The notes: generated from the sequence alone by a model not told the origin. DNA of 64,000 nt from an uncultured Eubacteriales bacterium (GCA_934446485.1 CAKSEM010000001.1:12594-76593); one strand, 5' to 3'; shown: positions 19,301-28,929, counted from the first letter of the stretch. A program made the numbers and translations.

Positions 19301-19984
19301 GGTGGTATAGAAATTTATAGCACTCATATAGGTGTAACCGCTACCGCAACAGAAGAGGGCGATGATGCTTGGGCGGCACTTTCAATATATAAAGACTTTT
19401 TTAAGGTTGGCGGCAAAAAAGGCTACGTTATGTTTGGTAATGATGTCATTCCAGTCAGTTGTGGTGGAGCTTTTACAGCAGTTGGAAGAATTGTTAATCA
19501 AGCACTAAATATTCATGGAGATTATGGATTTGACCAAGCAAATTATGGACTGTTTATTGATGTGTCTGGAGGTACAAAAAATTATGGAATATCTTCCAAT
19601 GCGGCATTAATGGCTCCAGCGTTTGTGAACACAAGAGCAAAAATATTGACTTTTGATCCAAATGCCTCCACATACTCCATTGACTTTTCGCAAGCTAATG
19701 TGATTTTGATGTATTTCCAAAAAAAGAAAACATCTGGCTTGGAAGTGGAATTACCAAATGAGTCTTCTGTAGCCTATAAGTTCGGTTTAAGTAAACTACC
19801 AGATGATTTTGCTACGATTGTGATATTCCGAGTCCGTGAGGGGTCATTGCCAATAACTCTTAAAGGAATTTACAATCATAATGAAGGATTGACAAATTAT
19901 AAAATGGAGCAAGGTGATAGCGTGCAAGTATTAATTAGTAAGGTAGATGGCTTCCGTTATCAGATATTAAATCATTCATATTAA
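16334..19984 (+). CDS. Large tail fibre protein with internal repeats
   Basis: The ORF track starts at 16289, inside the terminator. ATG 16334 (MATIAKGSITLV) is more plausible. Shows repeated 'GN(I/V)xWxxDGxxxFxGxIxAxSGxxGGW' motifs and two paralogous segments (about 17380-17640 and about 17850-18060). Confidence 0.7.
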   Translation: MATIAKGSITLVNVNDAYSVLFTPDSCAIKADFDGTNPDLTNAYTDITVVRGEEKHTFKLTLASFSNTAITYQQTAIDAYIKRIRLTSIPSDVLSGALTFTITTDDEFVADVTFTYSVIRETSMLDWILDWENNKTVIGDSYLISPKIFVGKKVENAEGLKTLTGVYIGPDDTNTAGIYGYKEGKDVFHINAKGAMLGGWNVLSDCITTSNENGTISLGANGNIFYRTNKNELVWSLFQDGSATFAKGNVMLNSDGSAVFTGSIKASSGNVGGWTIDENVLYNTNIALNSSKHIIGVGGSNTFNVNNIKGSIQQHGGVYMFYDNANSYGLQGYLPSKNVGDNLYMIQSCFSLGSINQIASWNFDADSLYMGAKVNMQKKYTASSGDITIGSQGMRGNSWYIDTDGSVSFLKGEVQFTESSGSMVGWNLNAKRLSNPNVAIVSDAANAGIFMSVADGTDFNSLASSSLTDYIYAHGGIYMKTKTDGVSFAAYDQNGYKIFKLRSNGVSSIANWNIENNALFVGSKKVDAGSFTDAAGSMTFSGTGIRGNKWRLEADGSGAIAGGNILWDKNGEVQFSNSVSLNWTNGIDKANSAASVAQKIAFGQMIFRDPEFTLGKWNDTHFYPWNFDSNVKIAVSTDNLLNVIKQYGLYAYGNGVLVRTVNIISSDGGISSSYSPGITLESGKKAQIMPAKDSVTNTDTIQIIFECNGNLLGIVTDMSVNNGITNYTTIKDLYDGSSVSNGNIPAKRQIISDTTAPNSTQKVMKISCNRWQSYNDWRVCGFYFANKSRANGEFIVKIVAKIPEGWMIENAHNQYGDNGKTTWITSTLGTGSYEEYICVVKCGSTGTFSTINHFALKHNDTDQQKINTGGNSESDLSIWIDDATQQQTVQIKEVTWNVAYATVYDATSSDKVTTTIDSHGIYTGTLRADQIIAGTIKSSLINADELLSNGNAWALKQDGSGYLAKGNISWKADGNAVFNGKIQATSGEIGGIEIYSTHIGVTATATEEGDDAWAALSIYKDFFKVGGKKGYVMFGNDVIPVSCGGAFTAVGRIVNQALNIHGDYGFDQANYGLFIDVSGGTKNYGISSNAALMAPAFVNTRAKILTFDPNASTYSIDFSQANVILMYFQKKKTSGLEVELPNESSVAYKFGLSKLPDDFATIVIFRVREGSLPITLKGIYNHNEGLTNYKMEQGDSVQVLISKVDGFRYQILNHSY

Positions 19985-20664
19985 TGCGCAAAGATATAGA
20001 AATACATATTGGAACAGGCGACATAGCATTGCCATCCAAGAACAATTATCAGTTGAGAGATTTCCAGTGGGTACAGAACCCCACTGGACTGTCTCGTTAT
20101 ATATATGGTGAGATTATCGTTCCAAGTAATCTGTCGGCAAATACACTTTATAATAAGGGCGTGTATGCAGCAATACCATACACCCCTATTTATAAGGAAT
20201 TTATGGTACGCATAAAACGGCTATATGAAAATGGGCTGTATGAATATCTCCAGAATCCAGCTGACGGTACAGAATGGTTTGTTGTTAAATGCAATCTATA
20301 TGGAACGAAGGGGAATAAGAATGTCTATGCTTCACAGCTGAAGTTGATTGCAAACAATGACTATTATTTCCAGTTTGACAAAGGAATATTGAATGTGTAT
20401 GGTGCAATGGAATCAGATTTGAATGTCGTGAAAGCAGACAGACAAAACTCCAATATGTTATTGGCTTGTGTACCAACCAACAACTACCGTTATCCTATAT
20501 CTGGCGTCGGTTTAATACGTTGGATGAATGGCAATATGGATTACACAGCATTGGCAGACACAATTAAATCAGAATTTACTGATGATGGTGTTGTTGTCAA
20601 TTCTGCATCTTTTGATTATGACACCCACCAGTTAAGTTTGGATGCAACACCAGCAGAAGAATAA
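19984..20664 (+). CDS. Hypothetical tail-associated protein
   Basis: 226-aa ORF with TAATG overlaps on both sides. Confidence 0.55.
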   Translation: MRKDIEIHIGTGDIALPSKNNYQLRDFQWVQNPTGLSRYIYGEIIVPSNLSANTLYNKGVYAAIPYTPIYKEFMVRIKRLYENGLYEYLQNPADGTEWFVVKCNLYGTKGNKNVYASQLKLIANNDYYFQFDKGILNVYGAMESDLNVVKADRQNSNMLLACVPTNNYRYPISGVGLIRWMNGNMDYTALADTIKSEFTDDGVVVNSASFDYDTHQLSLDATPAEE

Positions 20665-21539
20665 TGGCAACATATAAAGTAACAACAAATCAGAACCTAT
20701 TTGATGTAGCATTATTGCTATATGGCTCTATTGAAGGTCTTTTCGACCTCTTAATAAGCAATGACTGGTTGGATATGGAAACAGATTTGACACCTGGCAT
20801 GGAGTTGACATACCATGATTATTTTGTAGTCAACGATGGCATGAAGAGCGCAATCAATGAAAAGAATCTTATTCCAGCTAATCGTGAACGTCATGTATAT
20901 TTGAAGCATCCGACAGAAGAATTGGTTTTTCTGTGTGATATTGATGCTAATGAGTATAGTACAACATTTTGCGTAAGCGGTTCTGGCAAGATGCTGATAG
21001 ATTGGGGTGATAATTCAGACATTGAGACAGTGCAGCTTGCCGTGGAACAGCAAATTGTAGAACATTACTTTGACAATGTGGCAGAGAATCGCAGAATTAA
21101 GGTATATGGTGATTTCCAAATTATCAAACTTGACACAACCAAGTTAGGTGGTGCATTAATGTTAATGCGACCGATGGTAGTAGATGAATATACGTCACAT
21201 TCAAACAGCTATCCATTACAAGGACTATTCTTGTTTGACGGCACAGTGTCAGTAGATTTAAGCGGTTGTCATATAGATAACCTATTGCCAATAGGAGATA
21301 TGAGCTTGCAGATACTTGACTTGCGCCATGTAGCATTTGCTGACATTGCAGTGTTGGATGATTACCTCCAGTATATTGTAAACAATTATGGAAGTAGACG
21401 AAACTGTACGGTTTATCTGACTTCTGAACCGACAGAGAAAGGTATGAAGGCAATAGAAGCCATTCTTGGTGAAGACGCTTGGAATGAAGCAGGAAATTGG
21501 GTGTTTAACATTAAAGACAAGATATATACAAGAGAATAA
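20664..21539 (+). CDS. Hypothetical protein with LRR-like C-terminal half
   Basis: 291-aa ORF. 'LSGCHIDNLLPIGDMSLQILDLRHVAFADIAVL' is leucine-rich-repeat-like. Confidence 0.5.
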   Translation: MATYKVTTNQNLFDVALLLYGSIEGLFDLLISNDWLDMETDLTPGMELTYHDYFVVNDGMKSAINEKNLIPANRERHVYLKHPTEELVFLCDIDANEYSTTFCVSGSGKMLIDWGDNSDIETVQLAVEQQIVEHYFDNVAENRRIKVYGDFQIIKLDTTKLGGALMLMRPMVVDEYTSHSNSYPLQGLFLFDGTVSVDLSGCHIDNLLPIGDMSLQILDLRHVAFADIAVLDDYLQYIVNNYGSRRNCTVYLTSEPTEKGMKAIEAILGEDAWNEAGNWVFNIKDKIYTRE

Positions 21540-22465
21540 TGGCAAGAACATTATCAGAAATATACGCATTGGCAAAGGATTGTAGAAATGAACATTTGGA
21601 ACTTACTGAGTTTCAAAATTCCTCGAAGATGTCAATATTAGATGCTATAACATGGACTACATCTGCCTGTATATGGACATTTGAGAACATCATGGATGTA
21701 TTCAAAGTAGATATTGCCAAGGACATTCAAAATCGCATCAATGGCACTCCAGCTTATTATGCAAATGCGTTATTGAAATACCAGTCAGGCGATGATCTGG
21801 AGATAAGTGACGATGGAACATCGTTTTCTTATCCAGCTATTGACGAGACAAAGAGAGTTATATCGAAGGTAGCATATTCGGAATCATCGCAAGATGGATT
21901 TTACGATAAGCAGCTTCTATTAAAAATTGCCACAGGAACTCCAGGCAACTATTCGCAGATAGCTGAAGATGAAATGGTGAAGATACGAGCTTATCTTAAT
22001 CAAATCATATTTGCTGGCACATCTGCAAGGGTAGTCAGCAGAAAAGGAGATATACTAATCCCTCGTGTGACTGTGTACCATGACGGTGCTGTAACCAATG
22101 ATGAAGTATACAACAACATTGCAGAATCATTGAATAACTATATCGGCAATATGGACTTTAACGGTGTTGTCTACGCCCAGAAAATCATAGACGCAATCCA
22201 GTCCGCAGAGCATGTGGTAGACGTTTATATAGATAATGGAGCTACAGATTTCCAAGGTATTTTCGTTGCTCAATATGACGATGATAACAATTTGATACCA
22301 ACCGCACACGGTTCAGATGGCAATGTGACCAGCTATGAAAAGCGTGTAGAGCGTTGTTTTGTCCCTAATAGCGGTTATATCAAAGAAAGCACAAAGTCTG
22401 GTGACGAAGCTACATTGCAGAGTTGGAAAGAGTCCATTACGCTCAAAATTGAGGGAGAACAGTAA
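21539..22465 (+). CDS. Baseplate J-like protein
   Basis: 308-aa ORF. Its position, followed by a gpI-like ORF and a fibre gene, and its C-terminal pattern resemble the Baseplate_J family. Weak, by eye. Confidence 0.4.
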   Translation: MARTLSEIYALAKDCRNEHLELTEFQNSSKMSILDAITWTTSACIWTFENIMDVFKVDIAKDIQNRINGTPAYYANALLKYQSGDDLEISDDGTSFSYPAIDETKRVISKVAYSESSQDGFYDKQLLLKIATGTPGNYSQIAEDEMVKIRAYLNQIIFAGTSARVVSRKGDILIPRVTVYHDGAVTNDEVYNNIAESLNNYIGNMDFNGVVYAQKIIDAIQSAEHVVDVYIDNGATDFQGIFVAQYDDDNNLIPTAHGSDGNVTSYEKRVERCFVPNSGYIKESTKSGDEATLQSWKESITLKIEGEQ

Positions 22466-22986
22466 TGAGATACTCGATAAACTTTGATAAGACCATAAAT
22501 CAGCTTACGCCACACTATATTGGTGGCAGAAAGCTGATTTTGCTGATGCAAGCTTTGGTGTCACCATTGCAAATCTTGAATAATGACTTCTCTGAATATG
22601 CGGTCGAAAAAAGAATAGAGGCATCAATGACCTCTCAGATATTGCCATTCACATGGTTTCTGAATAGGAAGTTTAAGAAATACTTTCTTCAGAAGTCTGG
22701 ACGCATAACGATAACCAACTTGGCAACACTTGGCGTTCCTCTATATAACGAGAGTGCCGACATAGTTCAAGCTGACAATTTATCGCTCTATACAGAGAAA
22801 GAAGGAAAAGGGAAGGCTTTTTATTATCAGAATGAGCGAATAGATACCAATACATACAGTTTCATAGTTCACACGCCAGCGATAGACACCTCTTTGATTT
22901 CTAAAGAATCATACATATCCATGCTTACATATTGGATAGAGCGTTATAGATTGGCTGGTAAAACATATAAAATAGTATTTGACTGA
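22465..22986 (+). CDS. Tail protein I-like (baseplate wedge) protein
   Basis: 173-aa ORF directly after the J-like gene. Call is based on gene order. Confidence 0.35.
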   Translation: MRYSINFDKTINQLTPHYIGGRKLILLMQALVSPLQILNNDFSEYAVEKRIEASMTSQILPFTWFLNRKFKKYFLQKSGRITITNLATLGVPLYNESADIVQADNLSLYTEKEGKGKAFYYQNERIDTNTYSFIVHTPAIDTSLISKESYISMLTYWIERYRLAGKTYKIVFD

Positions 22987-24758
22987 TGATAGAATTTAGC
23001 GCACAAACTGGTGGTCGTTACACATACGTTGACGATATAGTAAACTTGCAAGAGTTAGCACTTGCATTTTCCAGTATTTTTGCAGCATGTGACAATTTCA
23101 TAGTAAGCGGTTGTGAAGTTAATGGAACTTCGATAGGTGCTGGCTATGTATATCTTAATGGAAAGTTGCGATATTTTTCTGGTGCAACAGGAATTTCAAA
23201 GTGGCCTCAATATCTCTATGAATCAAATAAAGCAGAGAGCGTGGCGTATGCAAGCGGTTCGGATAAAGTAGGACGCAATATTTATGGATGTTCTATAAGT
23301 GCATCTATGCCAACAGTTGCAGACAGTTTAACTGGGAATGTTCCACAATACATCCAGATTCAAAAAGTAGGTGGAAGAACACTTAACGATGCTTTCTTTG
23401 GAAAGTACGCCTTGTTGTTGAACTCTTCTGTAGGTTCGCAAACGATTGGTGACGCTGTAACATTTGGCAATACCGTAAAAGTACAAGGAGCATTGAGCAT
23501 GAATGATGGTGCTTCTCTGATTAAAGGCGAAGCAGTATGCCGAATGTTTTACGATGGCAATGTCTTTCATATCCAGTCACGCATAGGCACTGGTACGGTT
23601 TATGATTTTGCCTTTGACCCAAATAGAGGATATGTATTCTCTATTGGCGGCACAAGTATCATATCAATCTCCCAGAATGGAATCTCTTTGACGCAGCCGT
23701 TGACAGTTGGCAAGAGTGTTATGGGAAGTGTAACGTGTAATGCTGACCATATTTATAATTCTGGTACAGGTTCGGATAATGGTACATTGTATATCAATTA
23801 TAAAGGATATGGCGATGGTAATGCTTATTATCGCAATACAGTAATTGGCAATGGTAAGGGAAATGCAATTATCTCTATAAATGGCAAAAACTCCATTGTG
23901 AATCTATCTGGCACATTAATAGCAGAATCAGCATTGCCAACAGGACTCGTATTAAAGCATAGTACATTGCAGCAAAATAATACAAGTTTGTCAAAAATAA
24001 TAAACTGGCTTGATGCTTCAGACTCTCAGATGGCGTATGTCGGCTTTGGCTCTACAGCAGACAATGTATTCTATATACATAATCGCATAGCAAATGTCTG
24101 TATCAATGGTCTAAGTGCTGTTAATTTGCTTCCAGCCATTATGGAGAATGGCGTATTGCTTTCCAATAAGTATGTGCAGAAAACAGACTTGGCTACGCAG
24201 ATGCAAGATAAGGCAGATGTAACATCCGTGTATTCTAAGAGTGATGCAGAATCCAAATTCGCAGACAAGACATTGGGGTTGAGTCAATTTATTACAGGAA
24301 GCAACACTAAGGAGACATTGCGCAGTCAGATTGGAGCCATTGCCATTGGAGCTTTAGATGATGTACCAAGAACTTCCAAATATCTTGCTGACATGGCGAA
24401 GACCGAAGCGGATAAGAAGAAAATCTGTGAAAACATAGGTGCAGCACGTTCTGGAGACTTTCAGCAAACAATTCCAGATACAGGATGGATTAAGATTTCT
24501 GGAACAGATTTGTATGCACGTCAAATTGGTGATCATGTTTGCGTACAAGGTAAGGCAGTAACGGTACATACTGGCAGAACGATGTTTACATTACCCAACC
24601 AGATTTCTGCTCCACGCTATGATGTGGCTTTCAGAGCATCACTTGATTGTAATTGCGATTGGGGTTGCAAAATAGCTGGAGGCAGCAAGAATTGTACTGT
24701 GATTTATTGCAACCATTGCGGTAAGACAATATCTTTATCATTCTCATATATGGTATAA
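22986..24758 (+). CDS. Tail fibre-like protein
   Basis: 590-aa ORF after the J/I-like genes. Beta-rich, with a Cys-rich C-terminal knob (CNCDWGCKIAGGSKNCTVIYCNHCG). Confidence 0.55.
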   Translation: MIEFSAQTGGRYTYVDDIVNLQELALAFSSIFAACDNFIVSGCEVNGTSIGAGYVYLNGKLRYFSGATGISKWPQYLYESNKAESVAYASGSDKVGRNIYGCSISASMPTVADSLTGNVPQYIQIQKVGGRTLNDAFFGKYALLLNSSVGSQTIGDAVTFGNTVKVQGALSMNDGASLIKGEAVCRMFYDGNVFHIQSRIGTGTVYDFAFDPNRGYVFSIGGTSIISISQNGISLTQPLTVGKSVMGSVTCNADHIYNSGTGSDNGTLYINYKGYGDGNAYYRNTVIGNGKGNAIISINGKNSIVNLSGTLIAESALPTGLVLKHSTLQQNNTSLSKIINWLDASDSQMAYVGFGSTADNVFYIHNRIANVCINGLSAVNLLPAIMENGVLLSNKYVQKTDLATQMQDKADVTSVYSKSDAESKFADKTLGLSQFITGSNTKETLRSQIGAIAIGALDDVPRTSKYLADMAKTEADKKKICENIGAARSGDFQQTIPDTGWIKISGTDLYARQIGDHVCVQGKAVTVHTGRTMFTLPNQISAPRYDVAFRASLDCNCDWGCKIAGGSKNCTVIYCNHCGKTISLSFSYMV

Positions 24759-24760
24759 CA

Positions 24761-24949
24761 ATGAAAATACATAATTTTATTAAAGACTCATACGGCATGG
24801 AACGTAATGAGCAAGAAGCAAGAAAGCAGTATGACAAAGTTACAGAATCAAGAGTTGCTGAATCTACCGATAACGGACTGCAACCGCCAGAACCAGAAAA
24901 GAAAGAGCGTAAAAAGCGGAAGACGAAAGAAAAAGAAGTCGAAGCGTAG
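24761..24949 (+). CDS. Small Lys/Glu-rich hypothetical protein (possibly the 5' part of a frameshifted gene)
   Basis: 62-aa ORF. Overlaps ORF 24807-25226, which lies in the +1 frame. Confidence 0.35.
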   Translation: MKIHNFIKDSYGMERNEQEARKQYDKVTESRVAESTDNGLQPPEPEKKERKKRKTKEKEVEA

Positions 24950-25226
24950 AGAGTTCTACGAAACACGGCTTGGCTATTTCATCCAGCACGAAGCACCTTT
25001 GGAATATGGCATTATTATGGATGTTTCTGGAGGTTGTGAGCCTAATGTTGATATGATAGAAGCACTTGGGTATGCGTCATTAAACCCTTTATTTCGTAAA
25101 TCGAAATTCAGACGTGCGCTGATAGAATATCGAAAGCGAGGTTGTCATACGCATCATCCAAAACAAGCCACAGCTATAACTGAAATATCGTATATAAAGA
25201 AGCGTAGAATGTTAAAAAACATATAA
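24807..25226 (+). CDS. Hypothetical protein (the N-terminal ~45 aa look non-native; see findings)
   Basis: 139-aa ORF. The C-terminal 90 aa have protein-like composition. Followed by terminator 25237-25270. Confidence 0.45.
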   Translation: MSKKQESSMTKLQNQELLNLPITDCNRQNQKRKSVKSGRRKKKKSKRREFYETRLGYFIQHEAPLEYGIIMDVSGGCEPNVDMIEALGYASLNPLFRKSKFRRALIEYRKRGCHTHHPKQATAITEISYIKKRRMLKNI

Positions 25227-25236
25227 ATTGTATCAG

Positions 25237-25270
25237 AAAAGCCGTCTAAAAGCAATTTTATACGGCTTTT
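25237..25270 (+). terminator. Rho-independent terminator ending the tail module
   Basis: aaaagccgt (25237-25245) pairs with acggctttt (25262-25270). T-rich tail. Confidence 0.6.
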
Positions 25271-25364
25271 CTTCGTCTTTACAAAGAAAATGCTGTAACT
25301 TTGCGCTCCACAAATTGATTTCGTACATCTTCCCAATTCTTATTTTCACTTTAACGAATATCGT

Positions 25365-26066
25365 ATGAAAGATTTCGTTGTATCGGTTAAAAAGCTAACC
25401 GATGCCGACCTCATGCGAGAAGCGTGTCAGATGACCTTTATTGGGAAGAGTCATCAATCGCTTCTCAGTATCTACAAAACAGAACACTCTCCAGTACGTT
25501 CGCAACTCTTTTGGGTAAAATTCGAGGGCATCCCCTTGTATATTTCTACCCATCTTCTTCGTCATCATGTTGGGTCAGTTCCCTTCCAGTTGACTTGCCG
25601 TTCGGACAGGCAAGGCGGTAATCCTGGACTTATTCAGAAAATCGACTATATCAAGCAACAGCTTGAAGAAGTTCCAGAACTGGATGAGGATGGTCGTAAC
25701 ACTGTTGTGTGTGAAGCCATTAACGATTTAACATGGCTTCAAGAAAATTCAGACCGTTATACACCTGTCAATCTTGGATTGCTTGTCAATGCCCAGTCGC
25801 TTATTGATATGGCAAAGTTGCGGTTGTGTTTACAGGCTGCAAAGGAAACAAGAATCGTATTCCAAGCACTTAAAGACGAAATCAGAAAGGTAGACCCAGA
25901 TTTGGCAGACATGATGGTTCGTAAATGCGTCTATCGTGGCGGTTTGTGTGGTGAAGCTCGCTGTTGTGGCTTTAACAAAACAACAGAATTTGCAAATGAA
26001 ATGCGTAGTTACGCATCCTTGTTCTCTGAAAAGCAAAGAGGACTTTATCTTCCATCAAGCAACTAA
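25365..26066 (+). CDS. ThyX-like flavin-dependent thymidylate synthase family protein
   Basis: 233-aa ORF. 'LLRHHVGSVPFQLTCRSDRQ' resembles the ThyX RHRxxS...SxR signature. Adjacent to nrdDG. Confidence 0.5.
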   Translation: MKDFVVSVKKLTDADLMREACQMTFIGKSHQSLLSIYKTEHSPVRSQLFWVKFEGIPLYISTHLLRHHVGSVPFQLTCRSDRQGGNPGLIQKIDYIKQQLEEVPELDEDGRNTVVCEAINDLTWLQENSDRYTPVNLGLLVNAQSLIDMAKLRLCLQAAKETRIVFQALKDEIRKVDPDLADMMVRKCVYRGGLCGEARCCGFNKTTEFANEMRSYASLFSEKQRGLYLPSSN

Positions 26067-26082
26067 ACAACCATGAACAAGA

Positions 26083-28239
26083 ATGATTAAAAAAGTTAGA
26101 AAACGTGACGGAAGAATCGTTGATTTTGACTTCAACAAGATTATAGAAGCTGTCAAGAAGGCGTTTGAAAGTCAGAATGAGAATTACCATGAGCAATTAG
26201 CCAAGACTATTTATGGTAATTTTGAACTTTTTGATGATGAAAAAATTATCTCTATTGAAACAATTCAAGATGAGGTAGAGAACATTTTAATGGATTGTGG
26301 CTACAACAAAGTGGCAAAGGCGTATATCCTTTATCGTGAGCAGCGCAAGGAAAGCCGTTTTATCAAAGAGCGTATCGACTACATGGACAGATACAGCATG
26401 TCTGGAGATAATGCAGCCACCTCTTCAGAAACTGATTCTAATGCCAACGTGACAATGAAGAACGTCGCTAATTTGGAAGGCGAAGTGTACAAAACCACCA
26501 ACCGAATCATCCAGCGACAGAGAATGAAAGATGAGTTGAACAAGCTATTCCCAGAAGTTGCGAAGCAATATGAGAAAGACTTGAATCATCATATCATTTA
26601 TTGTCACGATGAAGCCAGTACACCAGTATTGAAGCAATACTGCATGGCGGTTAGCCTTTATCCACTTATGTCTGAAGGCGTTGGCAATATTGATGGAGTT
26701 ACACCTTCAGCACCTAATGATTTGCAGTCGTTTAGTGGTCAGATTACTAATCTGATTTTCTTGCTCTCTTCACAGTGCAAAGGTGCGGTAGCTATTAGCG
26801 AATATTTCATTGCGCTCAACTACTATGTAGTTAAAGAGTTCGGTGAGAAGTGGTATGATTATCTGTATTCTCCGACAACCACAGAGTTTTGTGGAATCCA
26901 TCGAACTGTAAAAGACAACATTCTCAAAGCCTTTAAGCAATTTGTATGGGGTATCAATCAGCCAGCAGGAAACCGCAGCTATCAATCACCATTTACGAAC
27001 ATTTCATACTACGATAAGACCTACTTTGATTCATTGTTTGGTGAGTTCTACTATCCAGATGGCAGCAAGCCAGAGTGGAAGGCAATAGACACCCTCCAGA
27101 GATTGTTTATGAAGTGGTTTAATCGTATTCGTCTGAAGCAAGTGTTGACTTTCCCAGTTGAGACATTTGCGATGGTGCATGATGGTAACGATATTGTAGA
27201 CAAAGAGTATAAGGACTTGTGTGCAGAAATGTATGCGGAAGGTCACTCTTTCTTTACTTACATTTCAGAAAGCGCAGACTCATTGGCGAGCTGCTGCCGA
27301 TTGCGCAATGAGTTGGCAGAAAATACCTTCAATCCGACATCTGGCTTAACAGGCGTGATGACTGGTAGTTGCAATGTCATTACTCTGAATATCAATCGTA
27401 TCATCCAGGACTGTGTAAAAAGTTATGGTTTGCATGGCGGCTGGAAAGAAAATACATCGTTTATTCGAGACCGTTTGGTAGATATTCTCCAGCGTGTATA
27501 CAAGTACCACATTGCATTTAAGACGATGCTCTACGATATGGAAGACAAGAAAATGTTCGCTGCTTCCAATGGTGGCTACATCTACGTTAATAAGCTCTAT
27601 TCTACTATTGGCATCAATGGCTTGAATGAAGCTGCCAGATTCTTAGGGCTGGAGGTCTCGAATAATCCAGAGTACATTGCGTTTTTGCAGCTAATCCTTG
27701 GCACGATTAAGGAAGAGAACAAAAAACACTCAATCCATGATAAGAAGCGACCTTTCTTGTTTAATAGTGAGGTTGTGCCAGCGGAAGGTCTTGGTGGTAA
27801 GAATTATGAATGGGATAAGGCAGATGGATATTGGGTTCCAGATGATGAAAACTTGTATAATTCATATTTCTACGAGGCGCACGATGACACTTCTGTGCTT
27901 GACAAGTTTGTACTGCATGGTAATCAGACCTACCAGTATACGGATGGTGGCTCTGCTGCCCATATCAATCTGGAAGAGCATTTGAGTAAGCAGCAGTATT
28001 TGAAGCTGATTGATTTTGCTATCAGCAATGGAACAAGCTATTTCACGTTCAATATTCCAAACTCTAAATGTGAGAGCTGTGGTAAAATTGTGAAGCAGCC
28101 GATAAGCCAATGTCCTTGCTGTGGTGGCACAGACATTACACAGTACACAAGAATTATTGGCTATTTGCGACCTATTAAGAATTTTGGAATTGAACGTCAA
28201 ATTGAGGCTGGAAAGCGTGTATATAGTAAAGGAATTTAA
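26083..28239 (+). CDS. nrdD: Anaerobic (class III) ribonucleoside-triphosphate reductase
   Basis: 718 aa. N-terminal ATP-cone (VRKRDGRIVDFDFNKIIEAVKKAF), C-terminal Zn ribbon (CESCG...CPCCGG) and glycyl-radical motif (TRIIGYLRP). Confidence 0.9.
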   Translation: MIKKVRKRDGRIVDFDFNKIIEAVKKAFESQNENYHEQLAKTIYGNFELFDDEKIISIETIQDEVENILMDCGYNKVAKAYILYREQRKESRFIKERIDYMDRYSMSGDNAATSSETDSNANVTMKNVANLEGEVYKTTNRIIQRQRMKDELNKLFPEVAKQYEKDLNHHIIYCHDEASTPVLKQYCMAVSLYPLMSEGVGNIDGVTPSAPNDLQSFSGQITNLIFLLSSQCKGAVAISEYFIALNYYVVKEFGEKWYDYLYSPTTTEFCGIHRTVKDNILKAFKQFVWGINQPAGNRSYQSPFTNISYYDKTYFDSLFGEFYYPDGSKPEWKAIDTLQRLFMKWFNRIRLKQVLTFPVETFAMVHDGNDIVDKEYKDLCAEMYAEGHSFFTYISESADSLASCCRLRNELAENTFNPTSGLTGVMTGSCNVITLNINRIIQDCVKSYGLHGGWKENTSFIRDRLVDILQRVYKYHIAFKTMLYDMEDKKMFAASNGGYIYVNKLYSTIGINGLNEAARFLGLEVSNNPEYIAFLQLILGTIKEENKKHSIHDKKRPFLFNSEVVPAEGLGGKNYEWDKADGYWVPDDENLYNSYFYEAHDDTSVLDKFVLHGNQTYQYTDGGSAAHINLEEHLSKQQYLKLIDFAISNGTSYFTFNIPNSKCESCGKIVKQPISQCPCCGGTDITQYTRIIGYLRPIKNFGIERQIEAGKRVYSKGI

Positions 28240-28241
28240 GT

Positions 28242-28745
28242 ATGCTAAAATATGTTGATACGAAGGTGGTTTTTCGTGAACTGCCAGACGAAATCACATT
28301 AGCTATTAATCTGAGTGGTTGCCCTTGTCATTGCGAGGGTTGCCACTCTCCTTATTTAGCTGGTGATGTAGGCACAGAGTTGGACTATGCTGCTTTAGAG
28401 AAATTGATAAAAAGCAATAAGGGAATAACCGCAATATGCTTTATGGGAGGCGATGGCGATCCTAAAGCCGTATATGATTTGGCTTGCATGGTAAGAGATA
28501 GCTTTCCAGATATAAGAATTGGATGGTATTCTGGAAGACCAAAATTGCCAGGTTGGTTTTATCCGTTGCACAAGGGGAATGTCGTATTTGATTATGTAAA
28601 ACTTGGGCCATACATTCCGAAGTATGGCGGTCTTGATAAGGCTACTACAAATCAAAGGTTATACAGAATAACGCTTAATGATATGGGCGGCTACGATGTT
28701 AAAGATGTAACCAATTTGCTTCGTAAAACTCAGTGTATAATGTAA
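28242..28745 (+). CDS. nrdG: Anaerobic RNR activating radical-SAM protein
   Basis: 167 aa. Has the 'GCPCHCEGCHSP' Cys cluster. Lies immediately after nrdD. Confidence 0.85.
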   Translation: MLKYVDTKVVFRELPDEITLAINLSGCPCHCEGCHSPYLAGDVGTELDYAALEKLIKSNKGITAICFMGGDGDPKAVYDLACMVRDSFPDIRIGWYSGRPKLPGWFYPLHKGNVVFDYVKLGPYIPKYGGLDKATTNQRLYRITLNDMGGYDVKDVTNLLRKTQCIM

Positions 28746-28867
28746 TACAAAGTTAAAAGCACAGTTTCACTTACTATTCAAACGAAATATTTGAAATACT
28801 ATAACCGCTGATTATCAGTTGGTTAGAAATGTGTTAGATTTTTGACGAGTAAAAAGTTTGCAAATCA

Positions 28868-28899
28868 TTTGCATATTTCAGTTTTTCACTGTACCTTTG
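28868..28899 (+). promoter_or_regulatory. Bacteroidota-type promoter (-33 TTTG / -7 TAnnTTTG)
   Basis: TTTG at 28868-28871, a 20-nt spacer, then TACCTTTG at 28892-28899. Sits about 30 nt upstream of ATG 28930. Confidence 0.5.
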
Positions 28900-28929
28900 C
28901 AAACAGAAAATAAAACAAAGCATCATGCG

